Source: a virus
DNA length: 30,272 bases
Direction: 5' to 3' (one strand)
Virus record (IMG/VR): IMGVR_UViG_3300040804_000001
This document shows positions 15,866 through 23,838 of this stretch, piece by piece (within the stretch, counting starts at the first letter, position 1; the number at the start of each line of letters is the position of its first letter). Below the pieces are notes generated by a model. That model did not search any database, was not told the DNA's origin, and worked only from the letters and a program-made list of their open reading frames with translations. The position numbers and the translations under genes were made by a program.

Positions 15866-17915
15866 AATTCTAAACTTCGGAGCGCATAAAGTGCCTACCT
15901 TCAAAGAAGCAAAGGGCAAAGATTGGATTCTCTTTGGAGACGAAGGGGAATACAAGAACCGCTATCCTGAGTACCTTCTGAACCTTTACCGCAGAAGTGC
16001 GAAGCATCACGCCATCATCAACTCAAAAAAAGACTACGTAGTTGGTCAGGGATGGGCTGTTAACGCTGAAGGATTGGACACGATGGGGCTTGCAAGACTT
16101 CAGCAGTTCATTCAAGAGCCGAACCAATATGAGTCTTTAAACGACATCTTGGAGAAGGTAGCACTTGATTACGAGTTATACAACGGCTTCGCGTTAGAAA
16201 TCGTTTACAACCAACTGAACGACAAGATTGCGGCTATTTATCACGCTGACTTTGCGCGTTATCGGTCAAACGAGGACGGCACGAAATACTACTATTCGGA
16301 AGATTGGAAGAAGCACAACCCTGTCGTTGAAGAAATAGATGCTTTCAACTGGAAAGAGCCAAGCGGCAAGCAGCTACTTTATGTCAAAGGATACTCTCCT
16401 GACTGCAAATACTACCCGCTTCCTACATATCTTGGGTCAACGGGTTACATTGAGTTAGACGTAGAGATTGCCAACTTCCACCTTAACGCGGTTAAGAACA
16501 ACTTTGTCGGAGGGACAATCGTGTCTTTCTACAATGGAGAGCCGACTCTTGAAGAACAAGAGGAAATCGAGCGACAGATAAAGGACAAGTTTACGGGAAC
16601 TGACAACGCTAACTCTATCGTTCTAAACTTTGCAGATTCAAGGGACAGAGGAGTCGAGATTCAGCAGTTGAATGGCAACGACTTCGACAAGCGTTTTGAC
16701 ATCTTAAACAAGACCGTACAAAGGGAAATTTATGCTGGGCATTCGGTAACTGACCCTGCACTCTTCGGAATCAAAGAGGACGGAATCTTCACGAGCAGAA
16801 ACCAACTGGTAGACAGCTTTGAGTTGTTCCAAAACACCTACGTAAACAACCGACAGCAGTTCATCGAGAGGGTATTTAATGACCTTGCCGCAGTTCAAGG
16901 GTTATGGAATCGTTTGTTTATACAAGACACAGAACCGATTAGCGTACAATTCTCAGAGTCTACGGTTACTTCTGTAATGACAGAGGCGGAAATACGTGAG
17001 AAAGTAGGGCTGCAAGTTGTTCAAACTAAGGAAGATTCTACGGTTGACAGCAAGACCAAAGATGCACAAGCTGCACTTAAAGGGTCAGTCGGTGGTGTTA
17101 GCGGTATCATTACGTTACTTCAGAACGTCAAAGAGGGTCTTATCGCTGAGAACTCCGCTATCGCTGTACTTGTTGAGTTGTACGGCTTCAGTCCTGAGAT
17201 TGCAAGGTCTACAATTACGGGCGAAGTTATCCCTGAGAATGTGGCGGCAGAGATGCGAGCGGTATTCGAGAAGCAAGACGAGGACGCTATCCTTGTTGAG
17301 TACTTCAAGAACTGCGGCTCGACTGACTACGAACCCGTAGGGAATGGCAAGGCGTTAAACTTTGAAAGCGAAACCTCCGCAAGATTACACGAGGAACTGA
17401 ATAGAAAGTATTGGTTCGCTGAGATAGACCCGTTGGACACGGCTATTTTGAACATCCTAAAGGAGAATCCAGCTACTCCGTTTCTTGCGATTGCAGAACA
17501 GCTACAACTTTCAATTGAAAGGGTAATGGCTGGGCTTCAAAGACTGAACGAAGCCAACGCTATCAAGATAGCCATCGACAACGTACTGGACTCAACGCAA
17601 CGAGCCGTAGAAGTAACCAAAGAAGGCGAGCGACTACTTGAGCAGGTACCACCAGTAGAGGAGGAGTTCGTTATTCGTTACGTTTACTCCAAACGACCAG
17701 AGGCAAGCGGTGCGGCTATCATTCCAACTACGCGACCATTCTGCCGCGAACTCGTAACGGAAACAGAAGCTGGTAAGAGTTGGAAGTTGACCGAGATTCA
17801 AAACATCGGAGTAAGCCAAAATAGAAACGTATGGATGCGAGGCGGTGGATTTTGGGGTAAATCATACCATTGCCGACACTACTGGGAGCAGAAACTTATG
17901 AAGATTAAGAAGTAA
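15855..17915 (+). CDS. Portal protein with a C-terminal MuF/SPP1 gp7-like minor-head-protein motif
   Basis: 686 aa. The central EEQEEIERQIKDKFTGTDNANSIVLNF is a portal-like motif. The C-terminal RPFCRELV...GGGFWGKSYHCRHYW resembles the Cys/His-containing end of MuF-family proteins. Confidence 0.6.
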   Translation: MALKILNFGAHKVPTFKEAKGKDWILFGDEGEYKNRYPEYLLNLYRRSAKHHAIINSKKDYVVGQGWAVNAEGLDTMGLARLQQFIQEPNQYESLNDILEKVALDYELYNGFALEIVYNQLNDKIAAIYHADFARYRSNEDGTKYYYSEDWKKHNPVVEEIDAFNWKEPSGKQLLYVKGYSPDCKYYPLPTYLGSTGYIELDVEIANFHLNAVKNNFVGGTIVSFYNGEPTLEEQEEIERQIKDKFTGTDNANSIVLNFADSRDRGVEIQQLNGNDFDKRFDILNKTVQREIYAGHSVTDPALFGIKEDGIFTSRNQLVDSFELFQNTYVNNRQQFIERVFNDLAAVQGLWNRLFIQDTEPISVQFSESTVTSVMTEAEIREKVGLQVVQTKEDSTVDSKTKDAQAALKGSVGGVSGIITLLQNVKEGLIAENSAIAVLVELYGFSPEIARSTITGEVIPENVAAEMRAVFEKQDEDAILVEYFKNCGSTDYEPVGNGKALNFESETSARLHEELNRKYWFAEIDPLDTAILNILKENPATPFLAIAEQLQLSIERVMAGLQRLNEANAIKIAIDNVLDSTQRAVEVTKEGERLLEQVPPVEEEFVIRYVYSKRPEASGAAIIPTTRPFCRELVTETEAGKSWKLTEIQNIGVSQNRNVWMRGGGFWGKSYHCRHYWEQKLMKIKK

Positions 17916-18475
17916 TGGCTAACGTCTTATTCATATCGGAAACATTCCTCAAGGACAACACTTTGCTCCACGAGAATATCGACTTCAAGTACTTGCGACC
18001 TGTGGTTTTGATGTGTCAGGACATCCACATCCAGCACAAAATTGGGACTACATTATACAACGAACTCAAGACACAGATAACCAACTCTACGTTAACGGCT
18101 GCGAACCTTACACTTTTGGAGGATTACATACAGCCAGCTCTTTTGCATTGGGTTCAAAGCGAAGCACCGACAGCCATTAGCTACAAGTTTCTGAACAAAG
18201 GGCTACACCAACAAAGTTCTGAGAATAGTTCGAACGCTTCTTTGGACGAAATAAACTTTATTTCCAAGCGGTACAAGGACAAAGCAGAATGGTACACCGA
18301 GAGGCTCGTTACTTTCCTTTTAGAAAACGAATCCAATTACCCAGCGTACGCTAACCCTGACGATGGTCTTGATATAATCCAGCCTGACACGAGAACCTAC
18401 ACGACTGGAATGTTCTTAGGGCGCAGACCGAAGTTTATTTCATTGGAGGATAAATATGAGTACAAACGCAAGTAA
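17915..18475 (+). CDS. Head-tail connector (gp6-like) candidate
   Basis: TAATG coupling to the portal. The pattern ISETFLKDNTLLHENIDFKYLRPVVLMCQDIHIQHKIGTTLYNEL...LLEDYIQPALLHW resembles head-tail connector/adaptor families. Confidence 0.4.
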   Translation: MANVLFISETFLKDNTLLHENIDFKYLRPVVLMCQDIHIQHKIGTTLYNELKTQITNSTLTAANLTLLEDYIQPALLHWVQSEAPTAISYKFLNKGLHQQSSENSSNASLDEINFISKRYKDKAEWYTERLVTFLLENESNYPAYANPDDGLDIIQPDTRTYTTGMFLGRRPKFISLEDKYEYKRK

Positions 18476-18501
18476 GAGAAATCAAGCGAAGCTAAAAGCA
18501 T

Positions 18502-18930
18502 ATGTACACGCTCAACGAAATACTAACCATAATCGAAACTCAGGCGAACGCTCACCTTCAAGTGAAGCAGTACGGTCAGGGGGACGTTTGGGAAATCAAC
18601 CCAAAGGAACTTGATTACCTTGTTCTGTGGGCGATAGAGGAGAGCGTTGTATTATCGGAAAGGACATTGACCTACAACATCCGACTTTTAGCAATGGACA
18701 GAGTCTTACCTGGCGAAGATAACGAGCAAGAAGTGATGAGCGACACCATACAAGTTCTACTGGACTTCGTTGCTTACTTCCGACAGTTGCACACGACAGA
18801 TTTAAGTATACAACCGAGCGTAACTCTTGAACCATTTACCGAACGCTTTGACGACAAGGTAAGCGGTCATTCTTGCGTATTATCAATTACACAACCTTAC
18901 GACTACAACAAGTGTCAAATACCAAACTAA
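18502..18930 (+). CDS. Hypothetical head-tail joining / structural protein (142 aa)
   Basis: ORF track. The call rests on position only. Confidence 0.35.
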   Translation: MYTLNEILTIIETQANAHLQVKQYGQGDVWEINPKELDYLVLWAIEESVVLSERTLTYNIRLLAMDRVLPGEDNEQEVMSDTIQVLLDFVAYFRQLHTTDLSIQPSVTLEPFTERFDDKVSGHSCVLSITQPYDYNKCQIPN

Positions 18931-18931
18931 A

Positions 18932-19198
18932 ATGACTGAATCACAAAAACTAATCGGAACGCGCGGCTGCAAACTCCTTACAGGAACGGGAGCGTTGACA
19001 GGCTTAAAAGGCTACGCTTTCATCGCGCAAGAGGACACCGTTCTAACTACATTCGAAGTGGATGGAGTTGATGCCCTTGCCGCCTTTGGACTTTCGGGCG
19101 CAACCTTAAAAGCTGGAGCGTACATCGTAGTCCCTTCGGGCGATGCCATCACAGCCATCACCATGTCAAGCGGGAGCGTTGTAATCTATAACCAATAA
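18932..19198 (+). CDS. Hypothetical structural protein (88 aa)
   Basis: ORF track. The sequence is Gly/Ala/Thr-rich and it is tightly packed with its neighbours. Confidence 0.35.
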   Translation: MTESQKLIGTRGCKLLTGTGALTGLKGYAFIAQEDTVLTTFEVDGVDALAAFGLSGATLKAGAYIVVPSGDAITAITMSSGSVVIYNQ

Positions 19199-19201
19199 GC
19201 T

Positions 19202-20332
19202 ATGCCATCAATTCTAACAAGACCAAGTGGCGGTGGTGGCGGTGGCGGTGGTAGCATAGCCATAAGCTATTCAAACAACACGCCAACATACGGGGATACT
19301 ATCACTATTGCTGCAACACCGACTGGTATAACACCAACATCTTACACGTTCATTATTGCGGGTAATATTGACGAGACTATTACTGTACAGGCTGGTAACA
19401 CTTTGAGTTGGGTTGTAAACACCTTGAATCCAACTATCTATGTACAAGCAACTGATGCAATTTCCTTTGCGGCAAGTGTTGATAGTTCATTGACAGTATC
19501 ATCCATAACAGAAGCTGGAACATTTATAACAGCACTCGAAACGCTTACATCTGACACGATGGGCGGTAGACAGAAAGATGCCGTTAACCGTTTGGTGTGG
19601 ATGCTTAATGGAAATGATACGACAAACTCTACCGACCTTTGGACAATGTTAACGGCAACCAACGCAGCTTGGTATATCTACTGCCCTAATGATGATTCAA
19701 CTGCTTATTTCGATGGTTACAAGATAGACCTACTCGACCCAACTCACACGGGTACTTTCATAAATATGGTAGCGGGTGATATTAGCGTGGAAGGCGTTAA
19801 AGGTGGTGCGGGTAAGGCTTTGAACATGGATGTGCAGCCTGCTGACTTTGATCTTAATAATATAATGTGTCACTTCTACCAATCTAAGTACGGGTTTGAA
19901 TTGTTAACAGTACCTATGGGTGCTCACATTACGGATCAAAACTCAGATGGTGTAAGTGCTTTTTGGCAGTTTAATCAAACAGCGGCTGTTATAAGAGTTA
20001 ACAATGCTGGCGGTGGAAGTTCTGCATCAAAAAAATCAATAACAGGGGTAATGTCGTTTGGTAGGGATAATGCAACTCAGGTAAAGATAGCTACAAATGG
20101 TAATTATGATGGAACTGCTGGTGCGGCATCTAGCAGCGCAATAACTGAGGATTTCTACGCTCATGGTTATCATAATGCTTCAACAGGCGTTTCTACAAAC
20201 CCATCAGCCAATACATATGCAGGCTTTGCCGTAACGCCTTGGTTAAGTGCTAATGAGTATTTAGATTTTAGTGAGGCGTGGGATGAGTTTAACAAGATAG
20301 TAATTACAGATGGAAGAAAGTGTAACATATAG
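19202..20332 (+). CDS. Putative fibre / host-recognition protein with an N-terminal Gly8 linker
   Basis: 376 aa. After the Gly8 tract comes a T/S/I-rich repeat-like Ig-type segment (ITIAATPTGITPTSYTFIIAG) and then a larger C-terminal domain. GC is about 38% over 19861-20040, below the backbone. It is the last large structural ORF before the lysis genes. Confidence 0.4.
   Translation: MPSILTRPSGGGGGGGGSIAISYSNNTPTYGDTITIAATPTGITPTSYTFIIAGNIDETITVQAGNTLSWVVNTLNPTIYVQATDAISFAASVDSSLTVSSITEAGTFITALETLTSDTMGGRQKDAVNRLVWMLNGNDTTNSTDLWTMLTATNAAWYIYCPNDDSTAYFDGYKIDLLDPTHTGTFINMVAGDISVEGVKGGAGKALNMDVQPADFDLNNIMCHFYQSKYGFELLTVPMGAHITDQNSDGVSAFWQFNQTAAVIRVNNAGGGSSASKKSITGVMSFGRDNATQVKIATNGNYDGTAGAASSSAITEDFYAHGYHNASTGVSTNPSANTYAGFAVTPWLSANEYLDFSEAWDEFNKIVITDGRKCNI
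19229..19252 (+). repeat. (GGY)8 simple repeat encoding Gly8
   Basis: ggc ggt ggt ggc ggt ggc ggt ggt, read in frame of the 19202 ORF. Confidence 0.9.
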
Positions 20333-20333
20333 T

Positions 20334-20510
20334 ATGTTGGCGTTGGATGCCAATATTGAACCTTTCGTGTCATCTTGGGGCGCGGAGTGCAGACCGTCTT
20401 ACGATGACACGCTTGATAAATGGTTATTGCCGTTAGGCTGGGAATCAGAATTGACTGCAAGAGGAATTGATTTTGAAACGGTTGAAATTGAAATAATACA
20501 CGAACCATAA
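20334..20510 (+). CDS. Hypothetical small protein (58 aa from ATG 20334)
   Basis: The ORF track gives 20310. ATG 20334 lies 1 nt after the upstream TAG and avoids overlap. Confidence 0.35.
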   Translation: MLALDANIEPFVSSWGAECRPSYDDTLDKWLLPLGWESELTARGIDFETVEIEIIHEP

Positions 20511-20543
20511 CCAGTCGCGAATTGAAAACAAATTACAACATAG

Positions 20544-20780
20544 ATGACTGGGATGGATGCAATAATTGAAGCGTTAGCGAGTTACGGAATAGCTGGAATC
20601 TTCCTTGCTGTTTTGGTTTACTACCTTAACAAACTGACCGACATACACAGAGATGAGCGCAAGGAATGGCAAGTTGCTAATGATAAGCACGTAGAGAAGT
20701 TCAGCGACGTGATTGCGGAGAACACGAAGGCATTGGTTGAGATGCGTGGCGAACTAAAAGAGAATAGGTGCAAGGTGTAA
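20544..20780 (+). CDS. Holin candidate (single TMD)
   Basis: 78 aa with one hydrophobic helix (IIEALASYGIAGIFLAVLVYYL) followed by a charged C-terminal tail. It lies immediately upstream of the endolysin. Confidence 0.55.
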   Translation: MTGMDAIIEALASYGIAGIFLAVLVYYLNKLTDIHRDERKEWQVANDKHVEKFSDVIAENTKALVEMRGELKENRCKV

Positions 20781-20819
20781 AGTGGTGCGCTATTGCACCA
20801 AGAGAATGTAATTGTAAAG

Positions 20820-21305
20820 ATGGAAACTGCGAAGAAAAAGAACCGAAGCGCGGCAAAGATAGCCGCAGAGGTAATAAAGGAGTTCGAAGGGTTTGAAAGC
20901 AAGCCTTATCTGTGCCCAGCTAACGTACCCACAATTGGCTACGGAAATACCATGTACCCGAATGGCGAACGGGTAACTATGGACGACACTGAGATAACCG
21001 AAGAGCAAGCTACGGAGATGCTCATGGACACCATTAAATCAGTAGAAAAGCAAGTGAAAAACGTGGTGGAGGTCAAGCTTCCAGCGCATAAGCTGGCGGC
21101 TCTAATCTCCTTCACTTACAACGTAGGCATCGGCAACTTTTCAAACTCTACTCTATTGGCTTGGCTTAATTCAAACCCTGAGTTTCCTCGTATTCCTGAG
21201 CAATTCAGAAGATGGAACAAAGGAGGCGGCAAGGTGCTGAACGGGTTAATAAGAAGAAGGGAAGCAGAAATCGAACTTTGGGAAGGGACATCGCAATACA
21301 TTTAG
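20820..21305 (+). CDS. Endolysin, GH24 (T4/lambda-type lysozyme family)
   Basis: EFEGFESKPYLCPANVPTIGYGNT contains the catalytic Glu context and the GYG motif of GH24 muramidases. The later FTYNVG and RRREAE are also typical. ATG 20820 is preferred over the TTG at 20793. Confidence 0.85.
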   Translation: METAKKKNRSAAKIAAEVIKEFEGFESKPYLCPANVPTIGYGNTMYPNGERVTMDDTEITEEQATEMLMDTIKSVEKQVKNVVEVKLPAHKLAALISFTYNVGIGNFSNSTLLAWLNSNPEFPRIPEQFRRWNKGGGKVLNGLIRRREAEIELWEGTSQYI

Positions 21306-21868
21306 TTAAGGTCTACACGCCTTACCTTTTGGCGTTCTTGCTGGGTGTTATCGTAGCTTGGCAAGGCTGCGGAAGCGGTGAAATTGAAACCGTAACCATC
21401 GAGAAGCCAGTCCACACAACCAAATACGTTGACCGATGGAAGGTTGACACCGTTAGATTCGTACGAAGAGAACTAATTACTCGTTATGACACTATCTACT
21501 CGGAAAAGATAGTTATTCGTTTAGACACAATGTTAAAGGTAGACACGGTTAAGATAGTCGAAGCATGGCTAACTGAGGTCAACTGTTATGACACTACGGT
21601 CAATGATGTCAGGGTAAGGTGGCAGAACTACCAAAACGTAACCGAGAAGTTAGTAATCGACTATTTACCAAAGAATGGAGGTGCAAAATTTGCACTTGGC
21701 ATACACGGTAACGTGGGGTTGATTTCTGATTTTGAAAGCCAGTATGTCCCAATGTTCGGGGTCGGTTTGCTTGGGTCAATTAAAAAAACCTACATTAGCG
21801 CAAACTATGGCTTCAATGGTCAGCACTATGTAGGTGTTGGCATTGGTCTGACAATCATAAGTAGATGA
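21212..21868 (+). CDS. Lysis-associated membrane/lipoprotein candidate (spanin-like) overlapping the endolysin 3' end
   Basis: The only ATG in this frame is at 21212, which gives a 94-nt overlap with the endolysin in another frame. The basic N-terminal region is followed by LLAFLLGVIVAWQGC, a lipobox-like signal. Confidence 0.4.
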   Translation: MEQRRRQGAERVNKKKGSRNRTLGRDIAIHLVKVYTPYLLAFLLGVIVAWQGCGSGEIETVTIEKPVHTTKYVDRWKVDTVRFVRRELITRYDTIYSEKIVIRLDTMLKVDTVKIVEAWLTEVNCYDTTVNDVRVRWQNYQNVTEKLVIDYLPKNGGAKFALGIHGNVGLISDFESQYVPMFGVGLLGSIKKTYISANYGFNGQHYVGVGIGLTIISR

Positions 21869-22074
21869 ATTACTACTATTACCAAGATGCTGAAGTTCGC
21901 GAACAGATAGACGAACTGCTCCAACAAAATGCCACAATCCAAGCTAACTTAGGGACAGACTCCACAGCCGAAGAGCGAGAAGAAGCCAAACGGCAATGGA
22001 TGGAACTGGCTAAACAGATTCGTGAAATCGACCCGAAGTTCTATCGTGAACGAATAATGGCACAACACAGATGA
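21865..22074 (+). CDS. Hypothetical small helical protein (69 aa)
   Basis: ATGA overlaps on both sides. The sequence is charged and coiled-coil-like. Confidence 0.4.
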   Translation: MNYYYYQDAEVREQIDELLQQNATIQANLGTDSTAEEREEAKRQWMELAKQIREIDPKFYRERIMAQHR

Positions 22075-23072
22075 AAGGAGAAATCGTAAAAGAGTATTTG
22101 GAGCATCCTGAATGGGGAAGCCTTCCGAGTTTAACGCTTGCACGTTTGATATACAAGGACAACGTGGAGGTCTTTAAAGATGTGGATGATGTACGTGGAA
22201 AGATACGTTACTATCGTGGTCAGCGAGGCAAGGCACAACGCCACAGGGCAACCCATAAGGCAGAGCCAGCAGAACACGCTAAAGCGTTAGGAGTTGCTAA
22301 CCCGTTCGGACTACCTGAATCAGACGAAGAGGATTGGGAGCCGTTCGTGTTACCCGAAGGCAACAACCGCATCCTTTTATTGTCGGACATTCATGTGCCT
22401 TACCACAACATCCAAGCACTCACGAAAGCTATTGAGTACGGAAAAGAGAAGAAGGTCAACGCTGTGGTTTTGAATGGCGACACGTTGGACTGTTACGCTC
22501 TGAGCAGATACGAGAAAGACCCACGAAAAAGAGGCTTTGCTGCTGAACTTGAAGCCTGTCGTCAACTGCTTGGTATTTTGAAACGTGAGCTTGACTGTCC
22601 AATTTACTTCAAGCTGGGAAACCACGAGGAACGATACGAGGCTTACCTTAGAACCAAAGCACCTGAGTTGCTTGGTACTTCGGAGTTCACGCTTGACACA
22701 TTGCTAAAGTTCGGGGAGTTCGGGGTTACCTTAATTCAAGACAAACGGATAATAAAAGCTGGTAAGCTGAACATCTTACACGGACACGAGTTCGGGCGGT
22801 CTGTATTCTCTCCAGTTAACCCAGCGCGAGGATATTACATGAGAGCCAAAGCGTCCGTTATCTGCGGACACAACCACCAAACAAGTGAACACACCGAGAA
22901 CAACTTGGAAGGCAAGATAGTAACTACATGGTCTACTGGTTGCCTTTGCGAAATGAATCCGATGTATATGCCCATAAATAAGTGGAATCATGGCTTTGCT
23001 TTCGTGCAGATTTCAGAGGGTGGAGACTTCGAGGTTGATAACCTCCGCATCATCAACGGGAAAATAAGATGA
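22071..23072 (+). CDS. Calcineurin-like metallophosphoesterase
   Basis: All five MPE motifs appear in order: LLLSDIHVPYH (DxH), LNGDTLD (GD), GNHE, LHGHE (GH) and CGHNH (GHxH). The roughly 100-aa N-terminal extension is of unknown function. Confidence 0.8.
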   Translation: MKGEIVKEYLEHPEWGSLPSLTLARLIYKDNVEVFKDVDDVRGKIRYYRGQRGKAQRHRATHKAEPAEHAKALGVANPFGLPESDEEDWEPFVLPEGNNRILLLSDIHVPYHNIQALTKAIEYGKEKKVNAVVLNGDTLDCYALSRYEKDPRKRGFAAELEACRQLLGILKRELDCPIYFKLGNHEERYEAYLRTKAPELLGTSEFTLDTLLKFGEFGVTLIQDKRIIKAGKLNILHGHEFGRSVFSPVNPARGYYMRAKASVICGHNHQTSEHTENNLEGKIVTTWSTGCLCEMNPMYMPINKWNHGFAFVQISEGGDFEVDNLRIINGKIR

Positions 23073-23269
23073 TAGTCTTTCTTTTAACGTCTATTCTATT
23101 TCTAATTCTATTGCTGGTCGGTCTGCTGGTGTACCTTCTTTATGCTGTCAGGGCAATCATCGAAACTCAAGACGTAATCTTCGATGCTGCGGTCAATGCG
23201 GAGGAGATGTACAACGAGATTCAAACCAACCAAGAGGCTATTCTCAACGCCCATTTTCGGCAGAATTGA
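23069..23269 (+). CDS. Small membrane protein (66 aa)
   Basis: N-terminal TMD (MIVFLLTSILFLILLLVGLLVYLLYAV). It is the last ORF before the early promoter region. Confidence 0.45.
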   Translation: MIVFLLTSILFLILLLVGLLVYLLYAVRAIIETQDVIFDAAVNAEEMYNEIQTNQEAILNAHFRQN

Positions 23270-23302
23270 GTTCAAACTGAAAATATTTTCACTTTTTTTG
23301 AT

Positions 23303-23342
23303 CTAAATGTTGTGAATATTCAAAAGAATAGTTTTATATTTG
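23303..23342 (+). promoter_or_regulatory. Early promoter/operator P1
   Basis: CTAAATGTTGTGAATATTCAAAAG (palindromic core TGAATATTCA) is followed by TATATTTG (23335-23342), which matches the Bacteroidota -7 consensus TAnnTTTG. A near-identical element is at 25565. Confidence 0.55.
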
Positions 23343-23382
23343 AGCCATCATTAACGGGGTAACCCACTAAAAACAGAACAAA

Positions 23383-23514
23383 ATGACAACTCAAGAACAA
23401 GTAGAAAAGCTATTCATTCAGATGGTTAAGGCAGAAATGGCAATAAGCGGAAACGACTGGAATCAAAGCAAGGTTGTAGTTAAAGAATGGATAAAGCAGA
23501 AAGGCTTAATGTAA
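23383..23514 (+). CDS. Small early ORF (43 aa, below the ORF-track cutoff)
   Basis: Hand translation gives MTTQEQVEKLFIQMVKAEMAISGNDWNQSKVVVKEWIKQKGLM. The ATG is preceded by the AACAGAAC leader shared with the next two genes. Confidence 0.45.
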   Translation: MTTQEQVEKLFIQMVKAEMAISGNDWNQSKVVVKEWIKQKGLM

Positions 23515-23535
23515 AACTAAACGGGGTAACGGGTA

Positions 23536-23805
23536 ATGCCGACCCCATCAAACAACAGAACCATGAACCATTTACAATTCGAACTTACAATGTCAAACGA
23601 GCAGATACCAGCGTTTATTCGGTTGGTTGCTCGCAAAGCACTCACCGACCTACGTAATGGCGGAGGAACTACCCATGTCGAGCCGTACATCTTTTGGCAA
23701 CTGGTCAGGCACTCAGAAGCGACAGCCGTCAAGTCAGGGCTTTATACCTTTGTCAGGGTGGTCAACGATGAAAATTATGTTGACATTCAAACTTTAAATT
23801 CGTAA
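23536..23805 (+). CDS. Hypothetical early protein (89 aa, or 80 aa from ATG 23563)
   Basis: ORF track. ATG 23563 is preceded by AACAGAAC, as are the ATGs at 23383 and 23839, so it may be the true start. Confidence 0.5.
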   Translation: MPTPSNNRTMNHLQFELTMSNEQIPAFIRLVARKALTDLRNGGGTTHVEPYIFWQLVRHSEATAVKSGLYTFVRVVNDENYVDIQTLNS

Positions 23806-23838
23806 ATTCAATTTTTATTAATCATCAAAAACAGAACG

